Assembly (NCBI GenBank): GCA_027492035.1
Contig: JAOZFT010000020.1
Coordinates: 75,071-139,070 of the forward strand
Source of the DNA: Thermoproteota archaeon
GTDB taxonomy: Archaea > Korarchaeota > JAOZGF01 > JAOZFZ01
Length of the DNA stretch: 64,000 bases
Reading direction: 5' to 3'
This document shows positions 50,069 to 60,443 of this stretch, in pieces. Below the pieces are notes generated by a model. The model was not told the DNA's origin. It did not search any database and saw only the letters and a list, made by a program, of their open reading frames with translations. A program made the position numbers and the translations under genes. How positions within the stretch are numbered: the stretch's first letter is position 1; the number at the start of each line of letters is the position of its first letter.

Positions 50069-51250
50069 TTGTTAAAGGAAGTGAAGCCTGGAATTTATTT
50101 TGTGGGTGCAATAGATTGGGATAGGAGACTTTTTGACGAAGTCATTCCTTTACCTGATGGTACAAGTTATAACGCTTACCTTATAGAGGGAAGTGAAAAA
50201 ACAGCACTTATAGACACAGTGGACCCAACTAAGGAGGAGGAGTTCTTGTTAAACCTTAAAAAGTTAGGAGTTAAAAAAATAGACTATATAGTGTCTAATC
50301 ATGCTGAACAAGATCATTCGGGAGCAATCCCTGCCGCGTTAAAACGCTACCCGGAAGCTAAAGTAGTAACTAATCAAAGGTGTGCAAGTATGCTTATGGA
50401 TTTGCTTCCAGTTCCAGAGGATAAGTTTTTGATCGTGAGAGACAAAGAAACATTGTCACTGGGGAATAAAACATTAAAATTTATTTTAGCTCCTTGGGTT
50501 CATTGGCCAGAAACAATGCTTACTTATTTGAAAGAGGACAAGATACTTTTCACCTGCGACTTTTTCGGTTCACACTTGGCTACAAGTAATTTGTATGCTA
50601 GGGATGAAGCAAAAGTTTATGAGTCAGCTAAAAGGTATTATGCAGAAATAATGATGCCTTTCCGAATAAATATAAAGAAAAACATTGAGAAAATAAAGGA
50701 TTTAAAGATTGATATGATTGCACCAAGCCATGGACCAGTATATATCAACCCTAAATTCATTTTAAACGCTTACAAGGACTGGGTGTCTGATAAAGTGAAA
50801 AATGAAGTAATTATACCTTATGTTTCAATGCACGGAAGCACAGGAAAAATGGTTCATTATTTAACTGACCAACTTATGGAGAAGGGTTTAACTGTGAAAC
50901 CTTACAATTTAACCAACACAGATATAGGAGAACTCGCCATTTCACTTGTAGATGCAGCAACTATCGTAATTGCTTCACCCACTGTTTTGTTTGGCCTCCA
51001 CCCCAGTGTTTTATTTGCAACTTACCTTACAAACATTTTAAAACCTAAACTTAAATTTGCAGCAGTTATTGGTTCATATGGTTGGGGAGGAAGGATTGTT
51101 GACCAATTAAAGGCAACATTGAACAACTTAAAGGTTGAATTTCTGGGAACTGTTTTAGTGAGAGGAACCCCTAAAAAGGAAGACCTGGAAAAACTGGATG
51201 AGCTTGCAGAGGAGATAGTGAAGGCACATAATGAATTAAACTTGTTTTGA
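50069..51250 (+). CDS. fprA: FprA-type flavodiiron protein
   Basis: [42 protein letters not shown]. Confidence 0.92.
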   Translation: MLKEVKPGIYFVGAIDWDRRLFDEVIPLPDGTSYNAYLIEGSEKTALIDTVDPTKEEEFLLNLKKLGVKKIDYIVSNHAEQDHSGAIPAALKRYPEAKVVTNQRCASMLMDLLPVPEDKFLIVRDKETLSLGNKTLKFILAPWVHWPETMLTYLKEDKILFTCDFFGSHLATSNLYARDEAKVYESAKRYYAEIMMPFRINIKKNIEKIKDLKIDMIAPSHGPVYINPKFILNAYKDWVSDKVKNEVIIPYVSMHGSTGKMVHYLTDQLMEKGLTVKPYNLTNTDIGELAISLVDAATIVIASPTVLFGLHPSVLFATYLTNILKPKLKFAAVIGSYGWGGRIVDQLKATLNNLKVEFLGTVLVRGTPKKEDLEKLDELAEEIVKAHNELNLF

Positions 51251-51267
51251 GGAGGTGTTTTGAAAAT

Positions 51268-51648
51268 ATGGCTGAAAAATTGAAAGTGTACCGGTGCAAT
51301 ATTTGCGGAAACGTGGTTGAAGTCCTGCATTCAGGTGTAGGAGTTCTTGTTTGCTGCGGTAAACCGATGGATTCGTTGAAAGAGAAAACAAAAGGAGATG
51401 AAGGAAAAGAAAAACATGTACCAGTTATTGAAAGAACAGGGAGAACTGTTAAAGTAAAAATCGGTTCGATTCCTCACCCTATGGAAGAAAAACATTACAT
51501 CGAGTGGATAAGTATAACTGTCAACGGTAAAGTTTACAGGAAATTCCTGAACCCTGGAGATAAACCTGAAGCAGAATTTGAAGTTGAAACCGGCGAGGTT
51601 GAAGCTAAAGCTTACTGCAACATTCATGGACTGTGGTCATCTGCCTAA
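51268..51648 (+). CDS. dfx: Desulfoferrodoxin (2Fe superoxide reductase)
   Basis: [31 protein letters not shown]; SD GGAGGTG upstream of the ATG. Confidence 0.93.
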   Translation: MAEKLKVYRCNICGNVVEVLHSGVGVLVCCGKPMDSLKEKTKGDEGKEKHVPVIERTGRTVKVKIGSIPHPMEEKHYIEWISITVNGKVYRKFLNPGDKPEAEFEVETGEVEAKAYCNIHGLWSSA

Positions 51649-51757
51649 AATGTTTTTCAACAGCAAACCGAAAAATTTTCTCAGAAATAGAGAAGGTTAA
51701 GAAACCATAAACATTTAACTCTCCTTTCTTTTTTAGGCATTGATGTAGGGTTTAATA

Positions 51758-52032
51758 ATGGATTCGAACCATTACAACATTAAAACAAAAGTGCTTAAAG
51801 CTATTGAAGAGTTTAACCAGTACAGGTCCCCTGAAGCCAAGGCTGAACTTGTATTCTCTAAAAAAGGACTTAATTGAAGTTAACTTTTCTGGGTATTTCT
51901 GTTACACCTGTGGTTTCTACTATTATTTTTGACGATTTAAAATATGTATTTGAGGATTTCTCTCTAAAAGCCTCAATTGTGGAAGCGAAGGAAAGGGGAA
52001 GCGGAGTAATTGTTAAATTCAAAATTAAATAG
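51758..52032 (+). pseudogene. Small archaeal CxxC protein (about 90 aa) disrupted by two +1 frameshifts
   Basis: ..AIEEFNQYRSPEAKAELV / ..EVNFSGYFCYTCGFYYY / FDDLKYVF..VIVKFKIK*; shifts fall at or near an A6 run (51860-51865) and a T5 run (51926-51930). Confidence 0.65.
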
Positions 52033-52051
52033 AGAGAGAAGAAAAAAGGAG

Positions 52052-52708
52052 TTGAATTATACTGTACAGGAAATAAGTGAGCCTCAGAAGCTACTTAAGA
52101 AAATCGAGGAATTGAAAAGAAGCAAAATAAAAAATTTAGTCAAGGAAAGACTGGAAGAGTTTAAGTTAAACAGCAGAAAATCAAGTGATGAAATATTTAG
52201 TGAGCTTTGTTTCTGTATTTTAACAGCTAACTTCAACGCTGAAAAAACGATAAAAATTCAAACTGAAATCGGGAACGGTTTTTCAAACTTACCCTTGACA
52301 GATTTAATCAATAAATTGAGGCTTCTCAGTTACAGATACCCTGAAACAAGGGCTAAATATATACTAGAAGCTAGAAAACACAAAGACTTACTGAAAGAAA
52401 CAATAAAAAACTTCAAATGCAGCAATAAATTGAGGGAATGGTTAGTGAAAAACGTGAAAGGGTTAGGTTACAAAGAAGCCAGCCACTTCCTCCGGAACAT
52501 TGGATGTTTCAACTTCGCCATTATAGACTTCCATATAATCAATGTTTTAACTGAATACAAATTGATTAAGAAACCCAAGTCCCTCACAAAGAGAAAGTAT
52601 TTGGAAATTGAAAAAGTTTTGTCAAAAATAGCTAAGGAATTAAACCTGAAACTTGGTGAACTTGACCTTTACTTATGGTATCTAGAAACCGGAAAAATCC
52701 TAAAATAA
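52052..52708 (+). CDS. ogg: 8-oxoguanine DNA glycosylase/AP lyase (Ogg2 type)
   Basis: FSELCFCILTAN, RYP..RA.YI, VKGLGYKEASHFLRNIG, IIDFH, LDLYLWY..TGKILK; TTG start after AGGAG. Confidence 0.92.
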   Translation: MNYTVQEISEPQKLLKKIEELKRSKIKNLVKERLEEFKLNSRKSSDEIFSELCFCILTANFNAEKTIKIQTEIGNGFSNLPLTDLINKLRLLSYRYPETRAKYILEARKHKDLLKETIKNFKCSNKLREWLVKNVKGLGYKEASHFLRNIGCFNFAIIDFHIINVLTEYKLIKKPKSLTKRKYLEIEKVLSKIAKELNLKLGELDLYLWYLETGKILK

Positions 52709-52760
52709 ACAGGAAAGAATCAGAAAAATTCTGAGAGTTCATCCCCTCACCTCAAATATA

Positions 52761-52813
52761 GCAGCTTTTTTCACCAGTTCTTTGTGCAGCCCAACTGTTC
52801 CTTACCTGTTAAA
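52761..52813 (+). repeat. 53-bp direct copy of MFS gene positions 47661-47713
   Basis: 49 of 53 nt identical, same strand, offset exactly 5100 bp. Confidence 0.9.
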
Positions 52814-53240
52814 TAAGTTCAAGAAAAATAGATAACTATGTACCCGGAAGGATCTAAGCTGATATTAAACGAGGATGAGGTAAGAAGACACGTAGATACA
52901 TGTGAAGGAACATATAGTCCTATATATTACATAATTACTTTGTTAACAAAATATTTTTGACGATTATTAAAAGTTTTTGGCCGTGAAGCAAAAGTAAATA
53001 TCATAGATCCTGTGAAATCCCTAAAATATCCTCCAGAATTCTGAGGAGAAGCTATTACCCCTGAACATCCACTGTTTATAGGTTTATCTCGCTAAATCTA
53101 TCTGCCTACATTGTAAACCTATAGTAAACCTTTTTTGTTTACGATTCCGTAAACCATTGTAAATAACCGGCTTCACACTAAATGACTCCGACATAGACAT
53201 CTTAGGAACATTCTTACTTGTCTTACATTTAACCGCCATA

Positions 53241-53713
53241 TTCAGTTAAGAACGAGCCTGAATTATTCATGAACATATACCATGTAAGCTGCATACCGAG
53301 CTTTGTCGGGTGAGAACAGTTTCTCTTTCTTCAAACCAGAACTCCTTTGCAAATGCAAAAATTGTTTCCTAAATTTTCAAAATCTATAAGTTTGAAGTTC
53401 CTTTCTTTCTTTTTCAACATAAACTGTTCTCTTCTCCTTTAAATACTCAAGAAACTATCTGTTTCCATAAAAAATTTAAAGGAATAAGCTTTAACCTTCT
53501 CATAACATCTCCAACATTTTCATCTGCTATTACTCCTTTGTTTAATTCTTTGAGTTTCTTTTCAAGAACTAGAGGAGTGAAAAACTCTTTAATGTCAAAT
53601 CCTCTGAGCTTATCCAAGTCAACAGATGGAATATATTCCCAACCTATTACCTCTCCTGAACATCTTTTTTCCGTTATAAGCTTCATATCTCCACTAATTT
53701 CTTCTTTATTCAT
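53241..53713 (-). pseudogene. Decayed hypothetical protein (88-aa ORF plus frameshifted continuation)
   Basis: ORF 53447-53713 is followed in another frame by LEYLKEKRTVYVEKERK..*..PDKARYAAYMVYVHE*; no family recognised. Confidence 0.3.
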
Positions 53714-53938
53714 GTTTACAACTCTTTAAGCCTTATTTCACCACTCATCAATTTTAGTCAATCAAGGGAAAGCAATCAGTAAGGATGAAGTGTTTATGGT
53801 TAAAATCAAAATTTCTCACCCTTAACAAACCCTCTCTCTTTATTATTAAGTTTTTTTTACAGTAACCTTTAAATTCAGAAAGAAACTTCTCCACTCTTTA
53901 GAAAAATCCGTTCACTACTTTGAAGGGAGGGGGTAAAT

Positions 53939-54970
53939 ATTAAGGCAATAGTGAAAGTTAAACCTGGAACTGGCGCTGAATTTTTAGATGTGGAAAAACC
54001 AGTTCCTAAACCTGATGAGGCCCTTATTAAAGTAGAGGCAACTTCTATTTGTGGAACAGATAAACACATTTACTTCTGGGATGAATGGGCGGAGACGCAC
54101 ATTAAAAGGTTCCCGCACATTTTCGGCCACGAATTCGCTGGGAGAATTGTGGAGGTTGGAAGTCAAGTAAAGAATTTCAAGGAAGGAGACTATGTTTCGG
54201 CAGAAACCCATATTTATTGCGGCCACTGCTACCAATGCTTAACAGGTAAACCTCACCTGTGCAAAAACCTGAAAATTCTTGGGATTCATGTGAACGGTTG
54301 TTTCGCAGAGTACTTGACAGTTCCTGAAAAAAATCTTTGGAGGAACAACCCTGAAATACCTCCAGAAGTGGCTTCAATCCAGGAACCATTAGGGAACGCG
54401 GTTCATACTGTACTGTCTGAAGACGTAAACGGTAAAACAGTTGCTGTTTTAGGCTGTGGACCAATAGGTTTAATGGCTATTGGAGTAGCTAAAGCCTTCG
54501 GTGCATCAAAGGTCTTCGCCACAGAAGTCTCTGATTACCGTTTAAAACTGGCTGAAAAAATGGGGGCAGACTTCACATTAAACCCTTTACATGAAGACGT
54601 TGTGAAGGAAGTTTTGGAAAAAACAAGCGGAGACGGTGTAGATGTTGTTTTAGAAATGTCAGGCAGCCCTGAAGCTTTAAAACAAGGGTTAAAAATATTG
54701 ACAGCCGGTGGAAGAATCTCTTTACTGGGTTTTCAGCCAAGAAAAGTTGAGCTAAACCTAACCCGTGACTTAATCCTTAAAGGAGTAAAGGTTTACGGTG
54801 TAACTGGTAGAAGAATCTTCAATACCTGGTTCAAGGGTTCCCGTTTATTAACCAGCGGTTTACTCGACTTAAAACCAATAATAACACATAAATTCCCTTT
54901 AAAAAAATACAGGAAGGGAATGGAGCTACTTAACAAAGGTGAAGCAGCAAAAATCATCCTCATCCCTTAA
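53939..54970 (+). CDS. tdh: L-threonine 3-dehydrogenase
   Basis: ICGTD.HIY.WDEW, GHEFAG, SAETH..CGHCYQC..C, EPLGNAVHT, GCGPIG, EMSG, GVTGR. Probable ATT start at 53939 (ORF track uses GTG at 53951). Confidence 0.92.
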   Translation: MKAIVKVKPGTGAEFLDVEKPVPKPDEALIKVEATSICGTDKHIYFWDEWAETHIKRFPHIFGHEFAGRIVEVGSQVKNFKEGDYVSAETHIYCGHCYQCLTGKPHLCKNLKILGIHVNGCFAEYLTVPEKNLWRNNPEIPPEVASIQEPLGNAVHTVLSEDVNGKTVAVLGCGPIGLMAIGVAKAFGASKVFATEVSDYRLKLAEKMGADFTLNPLHEDVVKEVLEKTSGDGVDVVLEMSGSPEALKQGLKILTAGGRISLLGFQPRKVELNLTRDLILKGVKVYGVTGRRIFNTWFKGSRLLTSGLLDLKPIITHKFPLKKYRKGMELLNKGEAAKIILIP

Positions 54971-55062
54971 CGTTCAGGAAAAAACCTAGATTATGTTGTT
55001 ATTAACAACCCTTCCCAAACTTTTTAAAAAAGGAAAAAAGCCTCTTTGTTCACCTGAAAAAA

Positions 55063-56514
55063 TCATGACAGGTTTCCTTGAGGTGCAGTTACGTTAAACG
55101 TCACATTCCCTGGAAGCATCGGATACGTTCCTTGTTGAACAGCTTCAATTAAGTCGTTGTCTGTAACTGTTCCGGAGCTGTCGCTATCAACCCAGTGAAC
55201 AACAACGTAGTGCTTATCACCTAAACCCATGTGTTGAAGCAAATACTTAGCTGCTGCAACAGTACCGAACCTTGTAACCCCCTCTAAGAAAACCATCGGC
55301 TTACCGTCCATAAACAACAAACCCAGAAATGCATAATCCTCTTTACCAAACATTCCCTTACTGAAACCATAGCTTTCATTACCCACAACAAGCCTTAACC
55401 CGCCACCCTCTCTTTCAAAAGAAACACCCATGTACTGATTGTACTTCTCTGAAACCTTGTTAACTAACGGGCCGCCTATAACCAAGAAAACAGTGCACTT
55501 CCTTGTAAAATTTAACACTTGTTCATCAGACATTTCATCAACAACCAAACCCTCCCTCAAAGCCTCAATTGTCTCCTTAAGCTCCTTAACAGCTGCACCA
55601 TCATTCATCAAACCCTTCAAACCATAAACTGCAACGTAACTTCCAGGTTTATCTAAACTGAAAAAGGTAACAGGGTAAACAGCCTCTATTGAACATTCAG
55701 GAGGTAGTATGGCACAGGGGCAAGGACTATGGGTTCCAAGATCACGAACATCAGTTATACGTAGAACCACAACCTCACGGTAGAAGCTTGGACCCGGCTG
55801 AGCGTAGGTGGTGAAAACATACAGCCAGGCGATTCCCCAGTGTGCGCCTAAATATAGATTTGAATTATGGTGGAAGGTAGGGTTTCCGTTCCGGTCATAC
55901 AAGTAATGATCAAGCTCGCAACCAAATCCATCAACCCACGCGAGGTCTGATGTTACTGTAAAATAAAAATTAGAGACTTCTGGTGGATATGTGAAACCTT
56001 TTTTGCTCCAAACAGGGAAGAGAAGGGTTTCATGGCTGCAGGTTATATTGTACTCTTTATATGGAACCCCAGGGCCATGGGCAGCAGTCCAACCTTCAAA
56101 CTCACCTTGCAGCGTCACCCTTGGACAAACACGGAAGCTGAATGTGTTTGAAGCTCCACTCCAGTCTCTTATTGTTACATGTCCCAGTCCCATCCCCCAA
56201 TTTCGCTCAACGGAGAAACTGTGACTACCTGATCCTCGGTTTATCCACCCGGTGCTTATCGTTCGCCCTGAAGGGGTTTCCACAGTTATTTGAACCCCAT
56301 TCACTCCGGCGGATCAGTAGATAACTAAACTATCTCCTAGGTGTAGGCATGATGAGGAAATGCTTGCTGTTAAGGAGTATGTTTTCTTTGTTGGGTGTAG
56401 GCTGAACAAAACAATTAGGGTTAGCACTAAAACCGTGAACCTTAACCTTTTACCTGAATGCAGAAACAACACCTGCAACACCTTTAAAAAAATATGTTGC
56501 TTAGAGTTAACCAA
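55063..56514 (-). pseudogene. Secreted or surface protein with S-layer-like C-terminal domain, interrupted by an in-frame TGA at 56314-56316
   Basis: ORFs 56314-56514 (signal-peptide-like) and 55063-56304 share a frame: LVIY*SAGVNGVQ. C-terminal IGGPLVN..GVTRFGT.AA..W.D motif. Confidence 0.65.
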
Positions 56515-56617
56515 TCTAAATAAATAATAAAGGGTTTCAGGTAATTTTATTTAAATTTTTCTGTTTAAATACTTAAGCATTAATTCTTGCTTTTCTAAAA
56601 TTTTTTCAAGGAATTTC

Positions 56618-57706
56618 TTACTTTGTTTCATTTACGGCTTTGTTCATTTTTCTAAGGTATTGTATTGCGCATTTATAGGTTGGGAAGCTTCTTAAGCCGC
56701 ATTCAGGGCCTACATAAGGTATTTTTTCAGCTCCAAAGTATTTAGTTAAATTCTTTATTCTTTCCTTTATTGATTCTTCTTTTTCCAGGAAGGTTTCAGG
56801 TTTTGTTTCCCCCTTCCTTATTTTGTTCCATATGTTCCCCACTTCTTGCATAATTTCTGTTTTTTTCAGGTTCGGTTTTTCTTTTTTCAATTTGTTCATT
56901 ATTAGTTTGTCGAAGTCGGTTATGCAAATGCTCCCTTTAAGTTTTTTCTTTCTTTTCTCTAACTGTTCCTTCGTATAGAGTGATTTGTAAAGTGGGTCTT
57001 CCACGTGGGATTCAACAATGTTTAGTGAGTTGATTTCCCAGAAAAGTTTGTCTGACGTGCTGTGAAGGTGAATACCTGTTTCAACCCCTTTATCTTTGCA
57101 GTTTTTAAATATTTTCTCCCAGGCCTTCTTCAGTTTCTCCCTTCCCTTTGCACCGAAATCTATCAGTGGATCATCTATTAAGCCAAAGGTTGGTTCATCC
57201 AAGGTGAAAAATGTAACCTGGCCATATTTCTTCTTGAAAATGTTTTTTTCCGATATTTCCGCTAAAGTTTTCCCTAATTCCTGGATTAGGGATGGATTTC
57301 TATAAGAGAAAAGCTGAGATAAAGTGTAAGGTCCTGTTACACAAACTTTAACGTTGAAAAAACCTGTTTTTTCATATATTTCGCTTGAAAATTCTTTTAT
57401 GGCTTTAACTTCCGGTATTTCACTTACTCCAGGTTTAAGTGAAATTTTGCCTATGGACACGTATCCTTCCTTGATTTTTTCTACACCATCCATCATTTCA
57501 AGAAACATTTCGTTCATGTTTCTGAATTGGGGATAGTTTGGAATGTTGAGGCCTGTTTCGATTTTGTCGATGAAGGAGTCAACCGTTTTTTTGACGAAGT
57601 ATTCATGTTCCTTGTCTTCAACCATGTAAGATAAGGCTTCTTGGAGAAACCTGTCCCTCTTCCCTTCGAAAGGTAGGCTTCCCACGTCTAAAGTTTTTAT
57701 TTCCAT
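56618..57706 (-). CDS. Single-barrel cobalamin-independent methionine synthase-like protein (core MetE fold)
   Basis: DVGS.P, YPQFR, TGPYTL, LDEP, GIHLH, GPECGLRSF. Confidence 0.7.
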   Translation of the reverse strand: MEIKTLDVGSLPFEGKRDRFLQEALSYMVEDKEHEYFVKKTVDSFIDKIETGLNIPNYPQFRNMNEMFLEMMDGVEKIKEGYVSIGKISLKPGVSEIPEVKAIKEFSSEIYEKTGFFNVKVCVTGPYTLSQLFSYRNPSLIQELGKTLAEISEKNIFKKKYGQVTFFTLDEPTFGLIDDPLIDFGAKGREKLKKAWEKIFKNCKDKGVETGIHLHSTSDKLFWEINSLNIVESHVEDPLYKSLYTKEQLEKRKKKLKGSICITDFDKLIMNKLKKEKPNLKKTEIMQEVGNIWNKIRKGETKPETFLEKEESIKERIKNLTKYFGAEKIPYVGPECGLRSFPTYKCAIQYLRKMNKAVNETK

Positions 57707-57741
57707 TTAAGGTTCACCTTCAAAGGGTTATTTTTTGAATT

Positions 57742-58848
57742 TTAACCCTGTAATTTTCTCTTGGTTTTAATTATTGCTTCCACCAAATCTTTCGGTGTTG
57801 CACCGAAAATTTTTAAATCTGTTTCAGCCATAACTTTCTCTATTTTGTTTTTCAAGATTTTTTCTTGGATTAGGGTTCCTATTAATTCTTGTTCAAGCTT
57901 GGTTAGGGCACCTGTGTATGGTTGAGTGAAGAAGTCGCCTGAAATTGAGATTTCACTTATTTTATTTCCATGAATCTCCACAGTTACCCTAATAAGCTTC
58001 TCTGCTTTATGTGTCACTTCACAAACATAGATTCCTCCTCTGACTTTTATGCATCTTGTTTCTGCTGCTTCCTCAAAAAGTTTTTTGTGGGTTATCTTTT
58101 TCCTGAAAATCCATTCTTTACTTTCCCTTTCTTCCAGAAGAGTTCCAAAGTATTTCTTTTCTTTACTTGTTAAAGTTCCTGCTTCAAATTTTATGCCAAG
58201 TTCTTTTTCGAACCCTTCCACAAGTTTCTTCTTGACTTCTTCTCTTGGCGGTTTAAAACCCAATTCATTTTTTAATGAAGTGAGCCATTCATTCATCGAC
58301 TTAGCCAGTTTATTTCTGAATTTTTCATTTGGAACCTTTAATATTTGAGTCATTAATTCAGTTGGGGCTTCAAGTAAAATATCGCCAACTAAAACATTTG
58401 CGTTTTCAACAGTTAAGGCTCCATTAGCTGAGATTTTCTTGTTACGAGTTAAAACGTCATTTATTGGTTTATAAACAGCTTCTAAACCGTAGCTGTGGAT
58501 AACGTAGATCACAGGTTTAAGAAATTTCTCGTAAAATTTAGGGATGTTTTTGGGGCATTCAGGGTTTCCTCTGTTGATCATTATGAAGTAATCTTGTTCC
58601 CAAGGTCCGTCAAGAATTGCTCCACCACCAACTGACCTTCTAACGATGTCAAACCCTTTTTCTTTACAGTAACTTATGTTTATTTCTCTTTCAACTACTT
58701 GGTGGTAACCTATGTTTACAAATGGTTTTTCTGGGTGGTTCAGCAACAAAGTGTTTGGAGCTTCACCTCTGCCAACAGCTAAACCTATTGCTTCATATAG
58801 GTTAGTCATTTGGTATCCGTTAACAGCCCCCAGGTCTATTAAGCGCCA
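57742..58848 (-). CDS. lplA: Lipoate-protein ligase A (with C-terminal domain); start uncertain
   Basis: WRLID upstream of the first ATG (58809), IGYHQ, RR..GGGA, NDV, KKISA.G, ISGDFF. Confidence 0.85.
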   Translation of the reverse strand, partial: WRLIDLGAVNGYQMTNLYEAIGLAVGRGEAPNTLLLNHPEKPFVNIGYHQVVEREINISYCKEKGFDIVRRSVGGGAILDGPWEQDYFIMINRGNPECPKNIPKFYEKFLKPVIYVIHSYGLEAVYKPINDVLTRNKKISANGALTVENANVLVGDILLEAPTELMTQILKVPNEKFRNKLAKSMNEWLTSLKNELGFKPPREEVKKKLVEGFEKELGIKFEAGTLTSKEKKYFGTLLEERESKEWIFRKKITHKKLFEEAAETRCIKVRGGIYVCEVTHKAEKLIRVTVEIHGNKISEISISGDFFTQPYTGALTKLEQELIGTLIQEKILKNKIEKVMAETDLKIFGATPKDLVEAIIKTKRKLQG

Positions 58849-59068
58849 AGAATCTTTTTCAGGTTTTACATTCCTTTTAACACGCTCCTGCCTCCCTTAA
58901 GGATTAAGTTAAACAAAAAAGGTTGTGTTTAATTTTGAAAAACATGTAATTGTTTAGTTGTATAAAAAAAGTTTGTGCAGCTTCATTTTTTTCTCTTTTT
59001 TGAGTTGATGCTTGTAAACAGCAACTCTTGCTCGGTTTTTCCTGTCTCTCAAGGTTCTTCTTCCCAAT

Positions 59069-60235
59069 TTATTTCTCCGAAACTTTTCTTTTGAAGAATT
59101 CTTTCATTCTTTTCAATCCTTCAATTAACTCTTGATTTTTAAGTGCGTAGCAGATCCTTATGTTTCGGAAGCCTTCTTTTTCAAACATTGTACCTGGGGC
59201 TACAGCCACTTGGGCTTCTAGTATCAACTCTTTGGTTAATGTTTCAGAGTCTAAACCGTAATTGCTTATGTCGGGGTAAATAAAGAATCCCCCGTAAGGT
59301 TTTTGAAACTTTAATTTTTTAATTTCACCCAAAGTTTTCAAAGTTATTTTCCTTTTTTCGCTGCATTCTTTAACCATTTTCCTTAAATAAGGGAAGGGAT
59401 CTTCTAAAACTTTAATGCAAGCCTTTTGGACAAAAGTAGCTGGACCTGATACACTGTGTTGCTGGATGACATCCATGGCTTCAATTAATTCCTTTGAACC
59501 AGCTGCGTAACCTATTCGCCAACCTGTCATTGCGAAAATTTTAGAGAAACTTTCAATTAAAATTGTTCTCTCCCTTGCTTCTTCAAAGTTTAGGGGGGAA
59601 TAATGTTTCTTTCCTTCATAAACAAGGGGCCAATCAATTTCGTCTGAAAGAACGTAGAAGTTGTGGTCCACAGCTAAATCTACAATCAGTTTTAAATCTT
59701 CCTTGTTTAAAAGTCCACCCGTGGGGTTGTTGGGCGTGTTAACAACTAAAACCTTTGTTCTGCAAGTTACAGCTTCCTTAATTTTTTCTTCATCCAGCTT
59801 AAAGGGGGGGAGGGTAGGTACTTCCACAACTTCCCCGTTCAAAATCAATGGAATAGATTTGTAGGTAGGCCAGTAAGGTGACAAAAGAATCACTTGGTCT
59901 CCTGGTTCCAGTACAGCGGAGAAAAAGGAGAAAATGCCGAATTTTCCTCCAGGCACAATTATTATTTCGTTTTCAGGGTTGAAAAACAAGTTTCTAGCTT
60001 CTTTAATAAATTTCGAAACAGCTTCTCTTAACTCGTACAGTCCTCTAGTTGGGGCGTAATGGATAAATCCCTCATTTAAAGCTTTAACAGTGGCTGGTAT
60101 GGCTGTTTCAGGTGGGTTGAAGTACGGCTGAGCCACATCAAACCTTATAACTCCACCCTTTTCTTTCTCAACTTTCCTTATTAATTCATTAAAAGAAACA
60201 GGTGAAGCGGGTAGGTGTGAGAAGTTACGCACCAT
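59069..60235 (-). CDS. Class I/II PLP-dependent aminotransferase (aspartate aminotransferase-like)
   Basis: G..ELREA, NTPNNPTG, SDEI, SFSK.FAMTGWRIGY. Confidence 0.9.
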   Translation of the reverse strand: MVRNFSHLPASPVSFNELIRKVEKEKGGVIRFDVAQPYFNPPETAIPATVKALNEGFIHYAPTRGLYELREAVSKFIKEARNLFFNPENEIIIVPGGKFGIFSFFSAVLEPGDQVILLSPYWPTYKSIPLILNGEVVEVPTLPPFKLDEEKIKEAVTCRTKVLVVNTPNNPTGGLLNKEDLKLIVDLAVDHNFYVLSDEIDWPLVYEGKKHYSPLNFEEARERTILIESFSKIFAMTGWRIGYAAGSKELIEAMDVIQQHSVSGPATFVQKACIKVLEDPFPYLRKMVKECSEKRKITLKTLGEIKKLKFQKPYGGFFIYPDISNYGLDSETLTKELILEAQVAVAPGTMFEKEGFRNIRICYALKNQELIEGLKRMKEFFKRKVSEK

Positions 60236-60443
60236 TCAGTAGCACCTTGAACACAAAAAATTTTAAAAACCTTTGTTTAAAAGGGCTTTTAAAAGGCAGT
60301 GTTAAGACAATGCCCTTTAATGTTAAAAAATTTCTTTGTTTTAAAAAGCTTTTTCAAGAAATTTCATGGAAGTTTGAGAGCTGCAGCAGAAAACTTTTTT
60401 AATTTACGAAAAACTTACGCTTCTGTTTTTATTGGTTACAGGT

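Noticed and set aside
53090-53240. Possible transposase zinc-ribbon remnant on the minus strand
   Set aside because: Resemblance is too weak; no terminal repeats or DDE domain were found.
56314-56316. Selenocysteine reading of the in-frame TGA
   Set aside because: There is no redox or Cys-like context and no SECIS-like hairpin was recognised downstream; Trp fits the context better.
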